This document shows positions 25,776 through 38,620 of a stretch of DNA of 64,000 nt, one piece after another. The stretch's first letter is position 1. Each line of letters begins with the position of its first letter. The position numbers and the translations under genes were made by a program. The DNA lies in the NCBI RefSeq assembly GCF_009914755.1, contig NC_060929.1; one strand, given 5' to 3'. The notes below the pieces were generated by a model, which did not search any database, was not told the origin of the DNA, and saw only the letters and a program-made list of their open reading frames with translations. Source of the DNA: the human T2T-CHM13v2.0 reference genome, Homo sapiens.

Positions 25776-26675
25776 ACTTTCCCTCTTGCCCCTTTTTTTT
25801 CTATTCACCAGGTACCTAAGGAGTGCTGAAGAATAAAAGCCATGAACAGATGGATATTGGCTCCCCTAAACCTCCCTATTGTAAAGTATTCCCCTCAATC
25901 ATTGCCTAAACACCCCTTTCCACCATCCCAAGATGGAAGCAGCCAGATTAATTTCTCAGTAACCTCTGAGAGCAATTGTATAGATTTTTCCATGTTTGCT
26001 CAGGCACAGGAGAAATGAGACCTGAGCCCTTGGTGCCAAAGTGTTTCTTCTATTACTGACTCACAAAAATGACAGTAGAAATCAGGAAATAAAATGCTCA
26101 TTCTAAGAATGATTAAAGTGCATGGATGCAGCCTTGCTCATCTCAGCTGATCTAAACAGCGCCCTCACAGGAGGGAGAGAAAACTGCTGCCGTATCAAGT
26201 AATCCATTAAAACCTTGTGAATTGATTCTTTAAACGCACAGAAACAAAAACATAAAATGACTCCTCTCCCTTGAAGTGATATGATTTTTCCCCCTCCTCT
26301 AATCTTGTTCCATCAAAAGCCTACAGGTGGGAAGGGAAAAAGCACAGGTTACTTGTATAGCTGTGACGTAATATCACCTGATGGGAGCCAATGGGATGGA
26401 GACTTTCAGCAGGGATGGCCCAGGCATTGCAAACACATTCAGCAGCAGGAGCCATTCACTTCTAACCCACTGTTCAGGGGAAAAGCAGGAAATGCCCACA
26501 CAGCTGCTGACAAAGATCCTGGGGGCTATTTGCCAATAACTGTGGATCCTTGTGGCTTTTCTATATATCTTTGTTTATCCTAGTTTGCCCTGTTGGCTGC
26601 TACGCAAGTTGCTGTATCACAAAGCACCCTGGGTTTGACTTCTGCGTGTGATTTTGGCCAAGTCACTTGACCTCT

Positions 26676-26870
26676 CATTCATTTATTAATTCATTCAATG
26701 AATACTGAGTGCTAGATACTGTACTAGGTGCTGGGGATGTGATGTGAACAAAAGCAAACCTGTTCTCTCACTGCATTGGAAAGCGAGGAGATGAGCATTA
26801 AAAATGTACAATTGCAACTGGGAGAATGGCTAATACCAGAAAGATCTGACCTAGCTAGGGAGGTTCATGG
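26676..26870 (-). mobile_element. L2 3' end
   Basis: 'cattcatttattaattcattcaatgaatactgagtgctagatactgtactaggtgctggggat'. Confidence 0.7.
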
Positions 26871-27334
26871 AGCTCCACTTGGTGACTAGATTGAGGCCTG
26901 GATTTCAGTCTGTACTCACACCCCCAGGTACTTGCCTTTTTTGTAGGGCACAATTGGTATAGGAGCCCTGAATCCAACCCTGTAATATGAAATCTTGTAT
27001 AAGCAGAATAAGAGCACAATCAGTGGAATTATTTCAATAGCATTAGGGGTATAAATTATAAAGGGGGAAGCTTGGAATGGGTTCTTGAAAGATGGAAGGA
27101 ATTTTGATGGATGGAGATAATATGTTGGAAAGGAAGGGACAGGCATTGTGTAGAAAAGTGGGAAACACATGAATAAGACTTGGGTGCAAGTGAGCCTGGT
27201 GAGAGTAGGGGTGGGAGGGATTGTTTTCACAGGGCTGCTATGCTTGTGCCTGGAGCTGGCATTACTGTGGAGGCACAAATTGTGGAGGACCAGGAGAAAG
27301 GAGATAGGGTTGGAATTGACAGAAAGGAAAGGGA

Positions 27335-27790
27335 TATAATTTTTGTTCTCCTTAATTTTAATGCTAGCACACGCTCATAAAAATTTTCAGTAGTATAAAA
27401 GCAACATGAAGAAAATTTTAAAATTACATATAGTGTCACCATTCAAAGCAAGTATCAGTATTTCAGCATATAGAATTTTAGCTATTTTTCTTTGCATACA
27501 CATGTGCATCTATGTGTACAAAGGCACAAAGGATTTTAAATGGTATCGTAGTGAGAATACTATTTTGTAACCTGCTTTTACCACTTGTTCAATATGCCCT
27601 GGGCATTTCTCCAATTCAAAAAATGTACAACTCTGTCATCATTTTTATGAAGATGGTGGAGGCCACTGTATGGTTCTACCACAATTTGTATAACTACTAA
27701 TCCCATGTGGAGGAAATTTGTTTTCCCCTTTTGGCTCTGTAAGTAATCTTCTGATAAACATACTTAGATAACTCAGAGTATGCAAAAAAA
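27335..27790 (-). mobile_element. L1ME-type 3' fragment
   Basis: 'atactattttgtaacctgctttta..cttg..caatat', 'gtatggttctaccacaatttgtataac'. Confidence 0.6.
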
Positions 27791-27904
27791 AGTCAACCTG
27801 CCCTTGAAACCTAAGATTAGTGTCTGGCTGCATTGTGTGATAGCTGAGGTTCACGGAGCACCACCCACATGGACACTGGCAGCTGTGGGGTGTGGGCAGA
27901 GGCA

Positions 27905-28090
27905 TGTGGTGCACAGTGCACTGGGCTAGATGGGAAAGGTTTTGAGTTTGAGTCCCAGCTCTTGCCCTGAGCAATCTTGGAAAAGTCTGCTGGCCTCTCT
28001 GACTCTGAATTTCCTCATAGGTAAGAATGGGGGTAGTGGAAAACAGGTGGAGAAGCCATGGTGGATTTGATAGAACTTCCCAAAACACTA
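27905..28090 (+). mobile_element. MIR (MIRb/c-like)
   Basis: 'gtggtgcacagtgcactgggct', 'gagtttgagtcccagctct', 'gcctctctgactctgaatttcctcat'. Confidence 0.7.
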
Positions 28091-28709
28091 ATTCTGAGGA
28101 AACCTAATAGGCATTCCTTGGTAAAAATAATGGTTCTGTTGCAAAGTAAGTTTTGAAACACTAGATAATGTTTAGAAAATAAGATTTGTGGAGACTAAAG
28201 ATGTTAAGCTTCTTCTTCAGAGTTTAGCAAAGAATGGAGTTTCTCCTTCTCCCGCAAAGAAACAGGGCCCACCATTCAGCATCATTTGAGATAGAAACCT
28301 CTGTGGCCTCATAGCCCTTGAAGTCACTCTATACCACCTACTGAATAGTGCCTCTGCACCTGCCAGCCTGGCCTGCCCTGAGGATACCACTCAACCCTAA
28401 CACATTGGTTGGGGGTAAGAGGTTATTAGTGTATCCTCTGAGAAGGGACAAATATTGAAAGAGAAGTTGGAATTGGGCTGATATTTAAGAAGCACACACC
28501 AGGTGAGATATACTGGCCACCCACATTTGGATGGGTTAGGCATCCATTCTGACTAAATGTCTGATGCAGAGTTGAATATTACATGTGGTTCAACTCATAA
28601 ATGTCAACCCTTAAAAGTACCTTAGCAATTATCTAGTATAGCAGTTTTAAGGCTATGTATCACTGAATGCCATCCCTATAAATATGTATTGATACAAAGC
28701 AAGTTAGCA

Positions 28710-28925
28710 TTGCTTAAGAGAATGAAATCTAACACATAGTTAGGTTTACATCCTGGATTCACCTCTTACTAGCTGTGTGATTATTTGCAAGTTACTTAAT
28801 GTCTCTAAGCCTTGGTTGCCTGATCTCCAGGCAGATACTGTTGAAAATAGTTATATTATACCCACAAGACTAGTTCAGAGTTTGCTACTTAATATGTTCA
28901 GTAAATGTTAGCTGTTGCTATTGCT
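28710..28925 (+). mobile_element. MIR SINE
   Basis: 'cttactagctgtgtga..tttgcaagttacttaatgtctctaagccttggtt', 'gttcagtaaatgttagctgtt'. Confidence 0.75.
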
Positions 28926-29569
28926 GAGTCACTTGAAAAGTTCTTATTAGGCACCTCTTTGTAATGGCATTAGCAGGCATTCTACTAAGAAATTCCAACT
29001 ATTGCAGCCCTCCGATACTTCCCACCATGGTAAGTGGCCCTGAAGTCTTTCAATGCAACAAAACCACCACCTACTAAGCACTTAGCAGGTGCACAACAAC
29101 AGTGTGTAAAGGGCCAAATCCAGAGCTTGAAGAAATCAAAAACTACTTCATACATCTATGGGCTACTGGACAAAAGATATAAACCTACTTCAGAATAGGT
29201 TTTTCCAAAGAAAATTTAAAAGTATTGAAAGCCAAAATAATTTATCTATAGAATTCAACTAAAGTTCAGTTATTTAATTTCACATATTCTATACTTTTAG
29301 ATACTTAATATAGTCAAGGAAAACATATATACTTAAATGAAAGTACCCCCTTCATTCTTTCTAAAAGCTCTTTTACTTAAGCTTCACCTGAACAAGACTG
29401 TCACAGAATCTCATGGGGTTAGAGAGGAGACCAATGTAAAATCTGAACTTGTGATTGAAATGTTAGCTCCCATGCCCATTCTCACATTAAAGACTCTGTA
29501 CTTATTTCCTCTTATCTTTTATTTAATAAAATTATCCTAGTTGGAATGTAAAGATATGAGTAAATCAGA

Positions 29570-30285
29570 AGACATCACACCTGTCTTTGGGGAGCTTACA
29601 ATCTAAACACAGTGACAAGACATCATACATGAAACAACAGAGAGATGGAATACTGAGACTTCAGGCCCACTGGAAAGGGCTATGGATTTGAGAAAAATGA
29701 TGAAGCTCTGGCCACAATGATCTTTCATTCAAATACGTGGTGATAGACATTTAGCAAGTAAACACTGAAAGTGAATGCATAAAATACAGCAATTTCAGGA
29801 ACTATTAAGTATTTACAAAGACTATAATAATGCAGCCCTGTGATAGTGACTTGTGATTGTGGGAAGAGGTGAGGGAAGACCTTCTTGCAGAGGTGATGTT
29901 TGAGGAGCAAATAGAATGATGAAAAGGAAGGAGCAATGGATCTCAGTTTTCTTTCTTCTAGACCCATTACACAGCAAATTCACAAACTTTAAAGTAGGAA
30001 GGAGCTTGGCAAGTTCAAGAAATACAAATAAGCCAGTGTGGCAGAACCCCATTGGTGCAAGAATAAAGACAGGAGTTTGAAGAAGAGTCGTAGGTCAGAT
30101 AGATATCATGTCTGGTACGTACTGGCAAAAAGTTTGGACTTGATATTCAAGCATTGGGGCAGCCACTGGAGAGGTTGGATTGAAAGAGTGGTATCACCTA
30201 ATTAAGTTTTTCTACAGATCTCTTTGGTATGGGAAGAAATTGGATTATAAGGTGCAGAGGCTGGAAAAAGGGAGGCTAACTACTG
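29570..30285 (-). mobile_element. L2 fragments
   Basis: 'ggagcttacaatcta', 'gggaagaccttcttgcagaggtgatgtttgag', 'ggggcagccactggagagg'. Confidence 0.7.
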
Positions 30286-30299
30286 TCCATCAACATGTG

Positions 30300-30682
30300 A
30301 TAAATACTGCTAGCTATTGACCAAAATCCAGGTTTCCTTCTTCCTGGACATGGACTATAGTACATTCCCCAGCCCCTCTTGGAGCCATGTGTAATGCTTA
30401 TCATTGGAATATGACAAAAGTAATGCCTGCAATTTCTTCCTCACTTACTTGGGAAAAAATTCCTATCCCTGGGCTTTGGTTTGTTCTGCCTTAAGTTGTT
30501 TGGAAAGGTGACCACTAGCGAAATTGTTACTGAATCCCTGAATGCCTAAGTAGAGAAAAACTGCCACCAACTTAGAACAGCCCCGACAGACTTATGTGAG
30601 AAGAAAATTAAATTGCTCACTTTTAAGTGAAAAAGTATTGTGCTTCTTATTTTAGCACTTTAATCAATTTTCCTTAGTTAAT
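30300..30682 (+). mobile_element. Old MaLR LTR (MLT1H/I/J-like)
   Basis: 'tacattccccagcccctct..gagccatgtg', 'gacttatgtgagaagaaaattaaa'. Confidence 0.5.
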
Positions 30683-30712
30683 GACGAAAAGGCAATAAGA
30701 ATAACATGCTAA

Positions 30713-31122
30713 TGATAGAGACAGGAGACAGACAAGGGTCCCCTGCGAAACCCCACTTTCAAGCCTAAAATAGCCTGAAGTCTGAAAAACCGGACTGCTG
30801 GCCCTGGATGAAGCCTGCCCTTTCCCCGACTAGTTCTCTCTGAATAATGCCCACCTGCACGCTGGGAGAATGGGGTGGAACCAGGGGAAGTTTGCCCCAT
30901 TTGCAGAGAGGAGAAGCCTGGCTTCTTCAGTTCCTGTGTGGTGTCCTGGGCTTCAATCTGTAAGACGGGAGCCTGTTAGCAGGACTCTCTCTCCCTTTGC
31001 TGAGAGTTCCTCTTTCCTTTTTCCCTTTTCACCCAATAAACCCTGCCCTAATCACCCTACAATAGGTCTGTGTGCCTAAATTTTCCTTGTCATGTGACAA
31101 GAACCCACTTTTTTCTACAACA
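30713..31122 (+). mobile_element. ERV1 solo LTR, MER61-like
   Basis: TG...CA termini, perfect 4-bp TSD ctaa (30709-30712 / 31123-31126), internal AATAAA at 31035-31040, 'caagggtcccct..gaaacccca..ttcaagcctaaaa.agcctgaag'. Confidence 0.88.
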
Positions 31123-31664
31123 CTAACATGTGAAAGTCTCTCTTCTAGAAATATCCAAGAATATCTAGTCCTTTGGAGCTTATTATTTAGTCCTTACCCT
31201 GTCATTAGGAAAAAAAAAAAAAACTTTACAAACTATCTATATTGACTAAAGTCAGAGCATAAAAAAGCTAAGCGAACAGCCAAACGTTTCTCTCTGTGGA
31301 AAAGAGTTAAAGAAAGCAGAGCTTTACATGTATTTTTTCCTATGACTATAAAAATACATTTATCAAGGTGAATTTCAAGACCTGTTGTTTGTTTTAATGT
31401 AGGAGAGCCCCGGTCTTTAGCAATCTAAGCAAGTGAAAACAAACAAACACTGTCGTAGTTTACGGTGGAGCTCACGGACACTTCCTGATATTCCTGATAT
31501 TTCCATTGAAGGGAGACCAAGCTGTCCTCCAGGTATCCTGCACCTCCTCTGAACCATCCAAAGCACATTTTAATTTCCTGCATGGGTCATGAATGGAAAA
31601 TTTGTCCATAAAAAAATAGAAGGTTTCTAAGAAGAAACTGAGAGAGATTATTTTCATTACTCTC

Positions 31665-32162
31665 TGTGGCAAAGCCTACTACTTGCCTATCCAACATTTA
31701 TTTTTCTCCTTCCAACTTAGTACTAGAACCTTGACTTTTAGGAGGGCATATTAATGTGCTAAATGAAAGACTGCATTTCCCAATGCATCCAGAAGTAGCC
31801 ATTTTAAAAGTTCCATCCAATGAGATGTAAGCCAAAGTATTATGTATTATTTGGGATTTTCAGGAAGTCTTTTTAAATGTTTTTTTTTTCTCCATTGAGG
31901 AGTACCCTTTCTCCTCCCTGTTGTCTGGAATGCGGGTGTCATATTGAACCAAGAGGTGGCCTTGAGAATAGTCTCCAAGTTCTAAGAGTTGCAAAGCCCA
32001 AAGATAGGAGCCTGGGTTCCTGAAGACATCATATACCATTTCAGCTCTGGACTAACTTCTTCCAAATGTCTTTCAGGTGAGAGAAAAAATTCATCTTGTT
32101 TAAGTTACTACTATTTGGATATTTTCCTGTTATATGCAATGAAACTGACTCCAAAACTGATA
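31665..32162 (+). mobile_element. MLT1J/I-like MaLR LTR
   Basis: 'aaagactgcatttccca', 'ccaatgagatgtaagc', 'ggagcctgggttcctga.gac', 'gtgagagaaaaaattcatcttgtttaag'. Confidence 0.7.
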
Positions 32163-32496
32163 GTCCCCCATATATTAAAACCTAATATCTAAAACATTCA
32201 ATATCTCAAGATTCTGTTGACTTGATTATTGGTCACTTATCAAGTACTAGATTCTCCAGGGACACAAATGAACTATATTCAACTGTCTCTTTTCATGTAT
32301 TTTCTCAGGCTAATTGGGCAGGTGGAATCTGCAGAATAAAAAGGGAAAAATAATAGTAATGTGTTAAATTAGATGTCAGTGACTGTGAGTTTTAGAAATG
32401 GAAAGAAGTCAGTTGGGACAATGATAGAAGAGGAAGGATTCGCACACAGGTGGAACATGGGCCTGACTTGTATGATGGCCATTTATAGAGTAGTTG

Positions 32497-33095
<599 letters not shown>

Positions 33096-33099
33096 GATT

Positions 33100-33590
33100 C
33101 TGATTTGGACCCTTTTCTGATAACATCACTCTTTTCATTTTAGAAACCTGTTATACCTCACGATAACCGTGTTATTTCTTTCTCCAACCAACCCACAGGT
33201 GAATGAAAAGACCCAAGCTGGACCAAAGAATACCTTACCTTGTGGCCATTTTGTTTATTTCAACAAGTGCAGTTGTGACTTTAACCTAAGGCAGAAAGGA
33301 TGTTCTCTTGAACTTTTAGAACCATGAGATCAGGCTATCAGAATGAGCTACCTAGGAGTCTCGGAAAGTTAGTGTATAATGCAGACAAAAACAGACAGAG
33401 TGGACTTCAGGCCCACAGAATCAGTTTTCTGGTTCTTGCAGTCCTTCCTCTAACCTTATAAACTACTCTCCAACATCTTGCCACCAAATCCTGTTCATTT
33501 GCCTATTCATTCATTCATTTCATTTTTCTTTAAGATAGTTCAACTGGGCTTTCGGTACCTGAAAAGACAGCAATCTGAAAAGACAGCAAA
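33100..33590 (+). mobile_element. Old MaLR LTR (MLT1K/L-like)
   Basis: 'gacccaagctggaccaa', terminal 'tttcttaagatagttcaactgggctttc'. Highly diverged. Confidence 0.4.
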
Positions 33591-35424
33591 CCTGAAAATA
33601 CAGTCTTAAGAAGACTTGTAATGAAAAGGAAGTGGATACCTGGCAAAAAGGATACACCAGCCAAGAGATGCAGAAAAGAATTTCTTTAGAAGACGCACTC
33701 ATGCAATGTCAATACTAACTGAGATGCGACTCTAACAGAGACAAGACATCCTCTCCACCACAGTTTTCAAGATCATTTTGCATGGAAAAGAAGAAATGCA
33801 TTGGGAATACGTTCGTTCTGCTCAGATTTTTACTCCTCTCCTCATTCTAATGGAAAGCTAATTTCTCATTTTATGGCCAAAATTAGTTTCTCACCTGGGA
33901 AAGCTTCTCTAAACAGTCTCCTGAAGAAACCTCCCTCCAGGAGGGAGTACAAGGTGCATCCAAGAGACTGCTCCAGAACATCTGCATTTGCCCACACGAG
34001 CCACCACTTCATTATGTAGATTTCTATATGTTGGACCTCACTATGCACTTTTAAGGTAGCTTTTTGATTCTTTTGTCACTGCATGTCTTACATGTGACCT
34101 GTAGGAAAAGTAGACAACGTCTTGGGGATAAACTCAATTCTGCCAAGTGAACATAAAGGGATTATCCCAACTCTGTGTATTTCATGTCCCCTGCCTATAG
34201 AATGAAAATAACAATATGATCTATGATAAATGTGGAGACCCAGGTTGTCTCCACACATGGGATACAAATGCTTGTTTTGATCATCTCTAAACATCAGAAA
34301 AAATTTTAACTCTTTATGAAGTTTAAGTTTTGTAGAGGTCTCAATTGTTGGGATTAAATTCTTCTCTTTAAAAACTCTGTTTGTAAAAGCAAAATTTAGA
34401 TTTTCAGTATCAGACCATTTTAGATTCTCCACTATGTCAACCTAATTGTTGACGTCCATTGAAGAACATGGAGATCAGCAAAAGATTCTAGACTCTTATT
34501 GAGATGATTATGTTGCAATTTAAATCATCCCATATATGGGAAGAAGGTAATTTTTATTAAAAAGAGTAAGCCCTCTCTATGCCATGATAATAGTGAATTC
34601 TCCTTCTAAATCTGTATGTAACAATGAATAAACAACTCAGAAGGTGTTGATCTGACAAGGAGGCAAAAACACAAAGTATGCACATGTGACTTAGTTAACA
34701 ATATTCCACAATCTTCCAAATTCATTGGACAGTTTTCAGTGCCAAAGAAGTTCACTAACATTTTCTGAAATGTTAATGTATCCCAACAGTTTATGTATCA
34801 TACACATTAAAGTAATAATAAACATATGTTAAGACCAGAGTACTGCTAACCTGCCCCAAACACCACATTTCTAAGCCACAGTTTTGTTACCTGTAAAGTG
34901 GGAGAAAAATAAAAGACAACCTCAGAGGAGTATTACAAGGATTAAATGAAATAATGAATGTGTAAATCACAAGACATTATTGAGGTGTTTTATGATTTAC
35001 TTTAGCAGACTTACATTGAGAAGTAACTTTTCCAACATCCAAAAGTAAGCAAACTAAGCAAGGTTAAAAATTGTGTTGTGATGGTAGAACAATGTCTAAG
35101 GAAAGTTTCATTTACCACACAGGGGAAAGTCCGTAAAGTTTTCTTTTTCTGTCTCATTAGCTAGCCCTTAATCCCTTCCCTCACCCAAACACTTCAAATC
35201 AAATCTGATTGCATTACTCTTGTCTTCCTTGTTCTTCTTCCTCTATCCATATTTTCCAGTGTGACTCAACCAACTTGTTATGGTTTATTTCTGTCCTTCC
35301 CTTGTTTACTCCAACTTACCCAGGTGACAAAAATAAAGACAGGAAAGACAGAGTTCTCCTTATAATATATGAAGAGAAGGAGAAGGAGGAGATGCAGGGA
35401 TTTTCACAAATTAACATTTGTCCA

Positions 35425-35533
35425 TATATATGTATTATTGTATACATATATAATAATAATATATAATTATACATATCCAGAGGCTGTATAATTATAATAT
35501 ATATAATTATATATGTATATAATTCATATATAC
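35425..35533. repeat. TA-rich low-complexity tract
   Basis: Visible (ta)n/(taat)n runs. Confidence 0.85.
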
Positions 35534-35537
35534 CCAA

Positions 35538-35871
35538 TAGTCATGCACTACACAACAACGATTCCATCAACAACAGACTGCACATACCACAATGGTCACA
35601 TGAGATTATAATACCATATTTTTACTGTACCTTTACTATGTTTAGATACCCAAAGACTTACCATTGTGTTACAACTGCCTACAGCATTCAATACTTGAAG
35701 CACTCAGTACAGGTTTGTAGGGTCGGTGCAATGTATGCCATACCATATAGCCTAGGTGCGTAGTGGGCATACCATCTAGGTTAGTACACTCCATGATGTT
35801 TACACCATAATGAAATTGCCTAACAATGTATTTCTCAGAACATCTCCTCATCGTTAAGCAACACATGACTG
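35538..35871 (+). mobile_element. Tigger3a (MER7A)-like DNA transposon
   Basis: TIRs 'agtcatgc' / 'acatgactg' followed by TA. Internal 'ccatatttttactgtaccttt', 'ttacaactgcctacag', 'ccatatagcctaggtg'. Confidence 0.88.
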
Positions 35872-38128
35872 TATATATATTAGTTGATATAAATGAAATA
35901 ACATGTTATTATTGTCTATATACATATAACATGTAATCAGTCATTACAAAACCTGAGACCTGGTAAGCATCCATTATATTGTTATTACTATGATTATTAT
36001 TAGGAGAGACAGAGCATGGAGGGTGAAAAGAAGGAGAGACTGTGCTGACCTTTTGCAGGAACGCAGAGGTGGTTAGCAGTCTGAGGGAGAGAATCTGAAC
36101 TGAGTCTTTCCTTTAAGGAAACTTGGGATGTGTTGATAAAATAAAATGATTATCCTTTTTGACAAGCATTTCAGGGCAGGCTGGGTGAAGTACAGACAGA
36201 CCATACCTAAGTATAAGCACCAGGACAGCCTGTGATTTTACTTAAAATAGCAAATTGGTCTGAGATTCTGTATATACTGTTTTGTACCTTTTAGTTTTTC
36301 TTTTAATCCTGCTCTATGTAGATACTTTCCCTGAGCTATTTTGATGGTAAATGTTGGACTCTGCTTTTCTCATAGTTAAAATAGTATTCTTTTAAATGGG
36401 AAAATTAGTGAAGTACAAATCAATCTGTGGATATACTTTCTTCTCAGGTGTTTTTTTTCTCACCTCTAGGCCAGTATCTTTAATTAAATTTCACCCTATA
36501 ATTGGTGGCCTTTATTAGGGGTGAGCAGTGGTGACAATCATATTTCTCACAGAATAGTCATTCTATTGTTTGTCTAGTATTTTAAATATGATGTTACCTA
36601 GTCTTACCCTGGGTGTCTCCCACAGATTAGGGTTTGTTGACACTTGTCCCCAAGATTCCTCAAGCTTTCTTAGGAGGGTTAATATTATCATCAATTCTGT
36701 CTGAGGATGGCAAAGTTAGAATCAAAGGGAGTAAATTATAATGATAGCACTTCAAGTACCAGAATAAACACATAGAGTCACATTTTTGGGTTGGGCTAGA
36801 GGGGCTCATTCAGTGCTCCTCAGCTAGCATCAGCCAACATCTTCTACCTGGGCAGTAACATCAACTTTGTCTGCCAAGAACAACCTACTTATCTGTAATT
36901 GATTTAAATTCCTCCTGCTGAAATATAATCCCAATTCTTATTTTGTCCCCACCACTTAAACAAATGATTCAGGTCCTGTAATGCCAGTTAAGCTGCAATA
37001 CATGCTGGAAAGCTAATAATACATGAATTAATAAAAGATGACACATTTTAAGCAGCAGTTTCATAATTACAGATAATGATGTTAATAGAAATGCATTATC
37101 AAATGGCCAATCCCACTTTAAATGGGTACCATAGGCTGAATCCCACTAATTGTGCAAGCAGAGACACAAGAAAATTACTCATAGCAAAGCCGCGCCTAAG
37201 TTATTTTGTTAGCACCTGGTAGGCCTTTCGATTATGGTAGCATATAGTAAGTTCTGTATAATAGTTTTCTATTAGTATGAGTGTTCATGTTGACAATAAA
37301 TTATTAGAATATTTTGGGGGTATTCTACTTTAAAACGTAAGGAAGGGAAATAGTTGGTTTATATTCTTGAAGTAAAAGTAAGAGCTTATTAGATGCTCTT
37401 TTGTCAACATATACAGCTATTCACAAAGTGTAAATATGACATGCTTTCTCTGAACACAGCTCCAGAAAAAATAATTCTCTATTGATGAGAATCAGAGTCC
37501 ATGGCCCTGAAGAGAAACTTGTTTTTTAATATTATAGTGCTGAGCACAGTCAACAAGGGAGAAAGTCAATTTTGATTTGTGACTTTAAGGATCCTGCCAA
37601 CTGAATTCATAACAAGTCTGGTTTATTGGATTGTGGAGAATCATTCCTGGTGACAGAGTATTTTCAAGTACCAATTTGTTATGTCCAGTGCTCAGGTTCT
37701 CTCATTAAGGAAGGGCACATAAGTCAGATCTTCCTGGCTTCAAAATCAGAAATTATGCTGATTAGGATGTACTTATTGTACCACCTTTTACTCAGTGAGT
37801 CAAATAAAACGAGTATCATTCTCAAAAGCATGACAGTATTTCAAAAAGTGGGGCATTCAGAAGGTAAAGAATTTGTCTCATCTATGAGTCTCCTATGGAA
37901 ATATGGCAACTATGCCACCAATTCTCCTCACTAGGAAGAGAGGCTTGAAAATCAGTGATATAAGACTTCCACAACTCCCTCTCTGAAATGGATTATCAGA
38001 ATTTTCTTTGAGGAAGAGAACAATGAAATAAGGTCTCCAAAAAGTAAGATGCAAGAGAAAGTATATTTGAGAAAGAGGGAACAAGGTAAAATTACAATTC
38101 AGAACAATCAGGAATTTCGAAGTAGTTA

Positions 38129-38229
38129 CATTTGCCTATTTTTGCTTCTGTTGCCTGTGCTTTTGAGGTCTTATTTAAAAAAATATTTGCCCAGCCCAAG
38201 GTCACAAAACATCGTCCCTATGTTTTCTT
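38129..38229 (-). mobile_element. Short L1 ORF2 fragment
   Basis: 'ttttgcttctgttgcctgtgcttttgaggtc...tttgcccagcccaaggtca...cctatgttttct'. Confidence 0.75.
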
Positions 38230-38307
38230 AAATAATCATGATAAGTAATTAATTAAAAAGTAACAAAAAGTTAACAGTAAGTATTTAAATTAAAAAAAGA
38301 ACAACGA

Positions 38308-38577
38308 GGCCGGGCGCGGTGGCTCACGCCTGTAATCCCAGCACTTTGGGAGGCCGAGGCGGACGAATCACGAGGTCAGGGGATCGAGACTATCCTGGCT
38401 AACATGGTGAAACCCCGTGTCTACTAAAAATACAAAAAAATTAGCTGGGCGTAGTGGCGGGCGCCTGTAGTCCCAGCTTCTTGGGAGGCTGAGGCAGGAG
38501 AATGACGTGAACCCGGGAGGCGGAGCTTGCAGTGCGCCACAGCACTCCAGTCTGGGCGACGGAGCCAGACTCCTTCT

Positions 38578-38616
<39 letters not shown>
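38308..38616 (+). mobile_element. AluY with 11-bp internal deletion and 38-nt pure A run
   Basis: AluY diagnostics 'tcacgaggtcagg', 'atcctggctaac', 'ggagcttgcagtg'. TSD aaaaaaagaacaacga at 38292-38307, repeated to 38625. Confidence 0.96.

Positions 38617-38620
<4 letters not shown>

Noticed and set aside
27645-28088. Longest ORF in the track (147 aa, minus strand)
   Set aside because: Spans MIR and L1ME fragments, with no recognisable domain or splice structure.
30713-31122. p53 response element in the MER61-like LTR
   Set aside because: No paired RRRCWWGYYY half-sites visible.
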